Shown here: positions 58,665-64,000 of the stretch, one piece after another
Layout: each line of letters opens with the position of its first letter
How positions within the stretch are numbered: position 1 is the stretch's first letter
NCBI GenBank assembly: GCA_965197585.1
Contig: OZ240215.1
Coordinates: 1,248,001-1,312,000 of the forward strand
Length of the DNA stretch: 64,000 bases
Reading direction: 5' to 3'
Source of the DNA: Dehalococcoidia bacterium
GTDB lineage: Bacteria; Chloroflexota; Dehalococcoidia; Plut-88900
Position numbers and translations under genes: made by a program
The notes under the pieces: generated by a model
Databases searched by the model: none
Seen by the model: only the letters and a program-made list of their open reading frames with translations
What the model was told of the DNA's origin: nothing

Positions 58665-59390
58665 TTACAGCTCCCTCGCCACCGTAACACCCCACACCTC
58701 CGTTGCACCGGCCCTTTTCAGCGCGGCCGCACAGGCCCGAAGCGTTGCCCCCGTGGTGGTGACGTCATCGATCACTGCGATCTTCCGGCCCTCGAGACCG
58801 CCCGGCTCGCACCGGAACGCCCGAGCCACGTTCGCCCGCCTTTCGTCGGCTGTCGAGGCCCGTGCCTGGGGCCCGGCATATGTGACTCGCCTCAGCCGTC
58901 GCTCATCCACATCTACTCCCAACGCCTCTCCCAAATGCTTAGCTATTATCTGGGCTTGATTGTAGCCCCGCTTCCGCAGCCTCCGCTTGTGGAGTGGGAC
59001 CGGAGCCAACAAATCAAACTCCAACCCATCCTGGCTCACCATGTCCGCAACGTATCCAGACAGCGTGCCAGCAACCGAGCGTAGATTGGCATATTTGAGC
59101 GCCAGGACCGCCTCTCTAACCGGGCTTTCGAACTCAAACGCCGACCTCATCCCGTCCAGGGGCCACACGCGCGTCGCCTCCGCAATACAGAGACACGGGT
59201 TCGGACCAGGATTCCCGCACCTGTGACACCGCGGCGTCCCAATAGTCGGCAACTTCGATTCGCATTCCGCACATATGAACGCCCCAGACCTGTCGCACGC
59301 CACACAGCGCCGCGGGAATACCAAGTCCAGAAACGAGTCCTTAGCGTCTGAGATTACGTTCGAAAGGCTGATGTCTACCTCGACTGACAA
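58665..59390 (-). CDS. comF: ComF family protein (Zn ribbon + PRTase)
   Basis: CVAC..ICAEC, PVPLH, RGYNQA, IDDVTTTGATL. Confidence 0.9.
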   Translation of the reverse strand: MSVEVDISLSNVISDAKDSFLDLVFPRRCVACDRSGAFICAECESKLPTIGTPRCHRCGNPGPNPCLCIAEATRVWPLDGMRSAFEFESPVREAVLALKYANLRSVAGTLSGYVADMVSQDGLEFDLLAPVPLHKRRLRKRGYNQAQIIAKHLGEALGVDVDERRLRRVTYAGPQARASTADERRANVARAFRCEPGGLEGRKIAVIDDVTTTGATLRACAAALKRAGATEVWGVTVAREL

Positions 59391-59491
59391 GTGTTGGACC
59401 CGTGGGCTTGAAGCTCAATTATAGCCACCGTTGTATACTCCCCATTACATTTTCTGCCATCGTCCCCTCACAGGAGGCACGCGAGTCCCCA

Positions 59492-60202
59492 ATGTTCAAG
59501 GCCGTCTTCTTCGACCTCTACAACACCCTCGCCAAGTTCGACCCCGCCCGAGAAGAGCTTCAGCAGCAGGTCTGCACAGAATACGGTATCCAGGTCACCC
59601 AGGACGGCATCATCAAGGGCTACGCTACCGCCGACGACTTCATGGCGCGAGAGAACGGGAAGCATCACCTCGCCAAGCGCACCGAGGAAGAGCGCAAGGA
59701 ATTCTTCGCCGAATACGAACGCCTAATCCTCCTCGGCGCGGGGGTCGACGTTCCTGCCCCCCTTGCCGGCGACATCTTTCAGAAAATCCAGACCATCCAC
59801 TATCACCTCGCCCTTTACGACGACGCCCTCCCCTGCATTCAAGCCCTAAAGTCGCGGGGAGCGATAGTTGGCATGATCACCAACATTTACGCTGACCTCC
59901 ACCGTACCTGCGCCCGACTCGGCCTGACGGACTGCCTCGATTTCTGGGTCACTTCCAAAGAGGCCGGCTCCGAAAAGCCCCACCCGGCAATCTTCGAAAT
60001 GGCCCTCTCCAAGGCCGGAGTCCCCGCCGCCGACACCGTCCACGTCGGTGACCAGTACTACTCGGATGTCACCGGGGCCCGGGGCGTGGGCATCACCCCG
60101 GTACTAATTGATAGGGCTGGACTGTCCAACAACATGGACTGCACCGTGGTCCAAGGGCTGTGCGAGGTTCCCGACCTGCTTCTGTCCTCTCCCGCTTCCT
60201 AG
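59492..60202 (+). CDS. HAD-superfamily hydrolase
   Basis: FFDLYNTL, ITN, EKPHPAIF, HVGDQYYSDVTGA. Confidence 0.9.
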   Translation: MFKAVFFDLYNTLAKFDPAREELQQQVCTEYGIQVTQDGIIKGYATADDFMARENGKHHLAKRTEEERKEFFAEYERLILLGAGVDVPAPLAGDIFQKIQTIHYHLALYDDALPCIQALKSRGAIVGMITNIYADLHRTCARLGLTDCLDFWVTSKEAGSEKPHPAIFEMALSKAGVPAADTVHVGDQYYSDVTGARGVGITPVLIDRAGLSNNMDCTVVQGLCEVPDLLLSSPAS

Positions 60203-60317
60203 AGCCTTGCGCCTCGTCCTCTCCTGACCTACAGTATGTTCAGGAGTAAGGCCCGGGCATCGGCTTCCCTCCGGTCTCTATCTAAGATTGCTGACGAGCC
60301 GGGCCGGATGGGCAGTT

Positions 60318-61715
60318 ATGGGCGGCCAAGGCCGGTTAGTAGTAGTCTCCAACAGGGCCCCTTCCGTATCGACGCCCTCCACCACGGAAGAGCGGCGAAA
60401 CCTCCCCGTCGGTGGGCTGGTCAGCGCCCTCCGTCCTGCCCTCGAGAGCCGAGACGGCCTCTGGATGGGCTGGAGCGGGGAGACCGAGGTCGCAAATAGC
60501 GATGCCCGACTCTCAATCTCGGAAGTAGAGGGCATCAGCCTCGCCTCCTTATCCCTTTCCCGGGATGAAGTCGAGCACTTCTACGACATCTTCTCGAACC
60601 AAACCCTCTGGCCTCTCCTCCACTCCTTCCCCGGCAAGGCAACCATCCGCCACGAAAGCTACCAAGTCTACCGCAGCGTTAACCGCAAATACGCCGCCGC
60701 CCTCATCGATCTCCTGAAGCCCGGCGACCTGGTCTGGGTCCACGACTACCACCTCTTCCCCCTGGGCCGAGAACTTAGGAAGCTCGGATGGACGGGTAAA
60801 ATCGGCTTCTTCCTCCACAGCCCCTTTCCACCGTCCGAAATCTTCGGCATCCTCCCATGGGCCCGAAAGCTCCTCACCCGCCTCTTCGACTACGACATTG
60901 TCGGCCTGCAGACCCGTAAGTATGCCCACAACCTTCAGGAGTCGATGGGCGACGAGATCAGAGCAGTGCTAATCGGAGATACCCTCCACTATCGGGACCG
61001 TACCCTCAAAGTCCGTTCCTACCCCGTCAGTACCGACGTCGAAGCCTTCCGCTCAATGGCCCTGAACAAAGATCCAAGCCCTGTCGTTGATTTCCTCGAA
61101 GAATACTCAAAGGACAGAAAAATCCTTCTTGGAGTCGACCGTCTTGACTACACCAAGGGAATCGCCCTGCGGATGCAGGCCATGGAACGTCTGCTGGACA
61201 CCCACCCCAAACTTCGCGGGAATGTCACTCTAATCCAGATTTCGGCCCCCAGCCGAGTCAACGTCCCGGAATACGCCCAGGAGCGCGCCCAGCTCGACTC
61301 CCTTGTCGGCCAAATCAACGGCAAGTTCGGAGAGGCCCATTGGATGCCCATTCACCCCCTCCACCGTTCCTATTCCCAACAGGACTTGGCCCACTTCTAC
61401 CGGGAAGCCGACGCCTGTCTCGTCACCCCTCTTCGGGATGGTATGAACCTCGTTGCCAAGGAGTTCGTCGCCTCCCAGACCTCCGACCCCGGAGTCCTCG
61501 TCCTCTCCCGCTTCTGCGGCGCCGCAGAGACGATGCAGGACGCTCTAATGGTCAATCCCTACGACGTTCAGCGCACCGCAGCCATGCTTCACCGCGCCCT
61601 GACTATGGACAAGGAAGAACGTCAGCGCCGCTGGGAAGCTCTTTTCCAGGGCATAAGCAGGCACACCGCCGAAGACTGGTGCTACGGTTTCCTCTCCGAC
61701 CTCGGAGACGAATAG
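60318..61715 (+). CDS. otsA: Trehalose-6-phosphate synthase
   Basis: [34 protein letters not shown]. Confidence 0.95.
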   Translation: MGGQGRLVVVSNRAPSVSTPSTTEERRNLPVGGLVSALRPALESRDGLWMGWSGETEVANSDARLSISEVEGISLASLSLSRDEVEHFYDIFSNQTLWPLLHSFPGKATIRHESYQVYRSVNRKYAAALIDLLKPGDLVWVHDYHLFPLGRELRKLGWTGKIGFFLHSPFPPSEIFGILPWARKLLTRLFDYDIVGLQTRKYAHNLQESMGDEIRAVLIGDTLHYRDRTLKVRSYPVSTDVEAFRSMALNKDPSPVVDFLEEYSKDRKILLGVDRLDYTKGIALRMQAMERLLDTHPKLRGNVTLIQISAPSRVNVPEYAQERAQLDSLVGQINGKFGEAHWMPIHPLHRSYSQQDLAHFYREADACLVTPLRDGMNLVAKEFVASQTSDPGVLVLSRFCGAAETMQDALMVNPYDVQRTAAMLHRALTMDKEERQRRWEALFQGISRHTAEDWCYGFLSDLGDE

Positions 61716-62503
61716 GCCATCCAACGCAGGAACTCCTCCACTTCCCCCCGCCCCTCCAGCCGGTAGTCGGCCTTTTGCAACACTGCTTTCGGCGTCTCAT
61801 CGTCCACCACGGCCACCGCCGCCCCCCTGAAACCCCTCCCCAAAACTGCATCGTGCACCGCATCAAAAGCATCACAATCCGTAACGTCGTCCCCTAGGAC
61901 TATCGCACCCGTTAATCCAAACTCTCGCACCAACCGACTCACTGCCGTGCCTTTGTTCACCTCGGCTTTTGGCCTCGCCTCCACCACCATCTTCCCTTCC
62001 TTGATCGCCAGACCACGGGTCTCGACGAAGGAGCGCATCATTTTAAGCACCGCGCCCCGGGCCTCTGCCGGGTCAGGAGCGTTACGGTAATGCACAGCCA
62101 CGTTCATCCCCTTGTCCTCTACGTACAACCCCCTGATCCCGAGCCCCTCAACCCCCGTCCGCACCTCACCCAACAGCTCCCTATCCACTTCGGCATTCGC
62201 CTCCGGTTCCAGTCTCCCCACCCCCCACACCTCCATCCCGTGATTCCCCACGTAGGTCACCCCTCCCAGCCCCACCACCCCCCGCAGGAACCCCACCCCC
62301 CTCCCCGACACCACCGCCACCATATCCAACTTCTCCGCCAATACCACTAACAGGTCCCTGATGCTCGATTCAAGCACCGTATCCCGAGGATCATCGAAAA
62401 TTGGCGTAAGCGTCCCATCAAAATCACTGAACACCCCGACTCTCTCAGCACTCAGGATGTGAGACAGCTCGCCCAGATGGTCGAGAGCACGCGGGGGATG
62501 CAA
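61682..62503 (-). CDS. otsB: Trehalose-6-phosphate phosphatase
   Basis: SDFDGTL, VSGR, GNHGME, VHYR, NKG, LGDDVTD; TTG start is inferred. Confidence 0.92.
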   Translation of the reverse strand: MHPPRALDHLGELSHILSAERVGVFSDFDGTLTPIFDDPRDTVLESSIRDLLVVLAEKLDMVAVVSGRGVGFLRGVVGLGGVTYVGNHGMEVWGVGRLEPEANAEVDRELLGEVRTGVEGLGIRGLYVEDKGMNVAVHYRNAPDPAEARGAVLKMMRSFVETRGLAIKEGKMVVEARPKAEVNKGTAVSRLVREFGLTGAIVLGDDVTDCDAFDAVHDAVLGRGFRGAAVAVVDDETPKAVLQKADYRLEGRGEVEEFLRWMAYSSPRSERKP

Positions 62504-62794
62504 AACGTCTCCGGTACACCCTTCTCTATTCAATAGGCTTTTGCCCAGCCCTTCTCAAAGGGTTGGGCGGAGCATGCGGTTCCCTCTCGCTTGATGAGAC
62601 CTTTGCAAAAGCCGCATTGGAGGGGCCTGGGCCGCTCGTGCTGAGGCTCTCGAAGTATAAGCGAGGGGTGGGATCTGGACAGTACCACAGAAGCAATCTG
62701 TAGTTGTGTACAGGCCTCTCAATGGGTCCCCGAGGCGTGAGAGGGCTAGGGCTGTAGACTCGCCAAGAAGACTGAGGGTGATCCCAAGACATAT

Positions 62795-64000
62795 TCAACG
62801 CCGAGCCACTACAACCTCGCGCCTTCCCCCCACTGCTTGCACCTCACCCTCCGGCACATCTATCTGCCCTATAACCCTCTCCAGCATCCGCTGCCACCCC
62901 TTCATTGTCATGTCCATGTCGATTCTCACCTGCCTGCTCCCGACCCTCACCCGTCTCCCCACCCCCTGCATCCCCCGTCCGTCGACACGCGACTCCGGCC
63001 CCAGAAACACGACTACCTGTTTCCCTTCCCGCGCTATCCTCATTATCCCCCGCTGCGACGCCATAAGCTTAAGCTTAAGCAAATACAGAAGGTTCTCTAC
63101 CTCCGTGGGCCGGGCCCCGAACCGGTCCTGCATCTCCCTCGCCAGGTCGTCTACACCCGTAGTCTCCCTCATTCTGGCCAATCTCTGGTACAGGGCGAGC
63201 CTCACCTCCAGACCCGGCACATAGTCCTCAGGCAGATAGGCGGGGACCGGAATGTCCACGGATGTCGCGTTGTCCAGGGGTAGCACAAGGTTCGTAGAAC
63301 CGTTCGCCTCCATGCCCGTAAACCCGAGCTCCTTCAGTTCTTCTATTGCCCTGGCCAACATCGCACAGTACAGGTCGAACCCCACCGCTGCGATATGGCC
63401 GCTCTGCTCGACTCCCAGCAGGTTCCCCGCCCCCCTGATCTCCAGGTCCTTCATAGCAATCCTGAATCCTGCCCCAAGCTCCGTGGCCGCCTGGATCGCT
63501 TTCAACCGCTTCTCCGCCACCTCGCTCATCGCCCTGTACCGGTCGAAGAAGAAATAGGCGTAGGCCCGGTCCGCCCCCCTTCCCACCCGTCCCCGCAGCT
63601 GGTATAGCTGAGACAACCCCATCCTCTCCGCCTGGTGCACGATAATCGTGTTCACGTTGGGCATGTCCAGCCCCGACTCGATGATCGTCGTACAAACTAG
63701 GACGTCGTAGTCCTTGGCCGCGAAGTCCAGCATCACCTTTTCCAGCTGTCTTTCGTGCATCTGCCCGTGTCCCACGGCCACCCGCGCCTCCGGCACGAGC
63801 TTGCGCAGCCTCTGCGCCAACGCCTCGATGCTCTGCACCCGGTTGTGCACGAAGAATATCTGCCCGCCCCTATCGATCTCCCTGATCACCGCTTCCCGCA
63901 CTACCTCGTCGTCGTATTCCTGCACGTAGGTCCTGATTGGCAGCCGCTCCTCGGGGGGAGTCTCCATCGTGCTCATGTCCCGCACACCCACCAACGACAT
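62795..64000 (-). CDS. mfd: Transcription-repair coupling factor (5' truncated by the window edge)
   Basis: TTIIESGLD, LYQLRGRVGR, DLEIRGAGNLLG, TRCF C-terminal domain. Confidence 0.96.
   Translation of the reverse strand: MSLVGVRDMSTMETPPEERLPIRTYVQEYDDEVVREAVIREIDRGGQIFFVHNRVQSIEALAQRLRKLVPEARVAVGHGQMHERQLEKVMLDFAAKDYDVLVCTTIIESGLDMPNVNTIIVHQAERMGLSQLYQLRGRVGRGADRAYAYFFFDRYRAMSEVAEKRLKAIQAATELGAGFRIAMKDLEIRGAGNLLGVEQSGHIAAVGFDLYCAMLARAIEELKELGFTGMEANGSTNLVLPLDNATSVDIPVPAYLPEDYVPGLEVRLALYQRLARMRETTGVDDLAREMQDRFGARPTEVENLLYLLKLKLMASQRGIMRIAREGKQVVVFLGPESRVDGRGMQGVGRRVRVGSRQVRIDMDMTMKGWQRMLERVIGQIDVPEGEVQAVGGRREVVVARR

Noticed and set aside
1-64000. CRISPR array or cas genes
   Set aside because: No regularly spaced direct repeats or Cas motifs were seen.

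Overview
A 64-kb window of bacterial chromosome with high GC and a strong C excess on the + strand. Gene content suggests Chloroflexota (Dehalococcoidia/SAR202-like); this is inference from paralogous luciferase-like monooxygenases, CaiB CoA-transferases, amidohydrolases and Pro/Thr-rich lipoproteins. The left end carries an IS481-family element (28-bp terminal inverted repeats, 5-bp target duplication) inserted in a REP-like palindrome. Positions 2-46 kb are mostly catabolic paralogues, plus a putative biosynthetic operon (diiron-oxidase/enolase fusion, GH3 ligase, flavin monooxygenase), recQ, a cobalamin riboswitch-btuCFD operon with a cobU remnant, and tRNA-Ile2(CAT). Positions 46-64 kb are housekeeping: mycothiol-like mshA/B/D homologues, folE, thrC, hom, rpsR-ssb-rpsF, glyA, comF, otsA/otsB and partial mfd. 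The most unusual signal is a protein-free element of about 700 bp present twice (about 1.46-2.17 kb and 38.49-39.19 kb). The copies share a promoter with a LexA-like box, a conserved 5' block, a covarying 16-17 bp long-range stem enclosing unrelated but equally sized (370 and 379 nt) hairpin-rich interiors, and a conserved 3' block. It is a candidate undescribed structured-RNA cassette. All calls come from reading motifs by eye; no searches were run.
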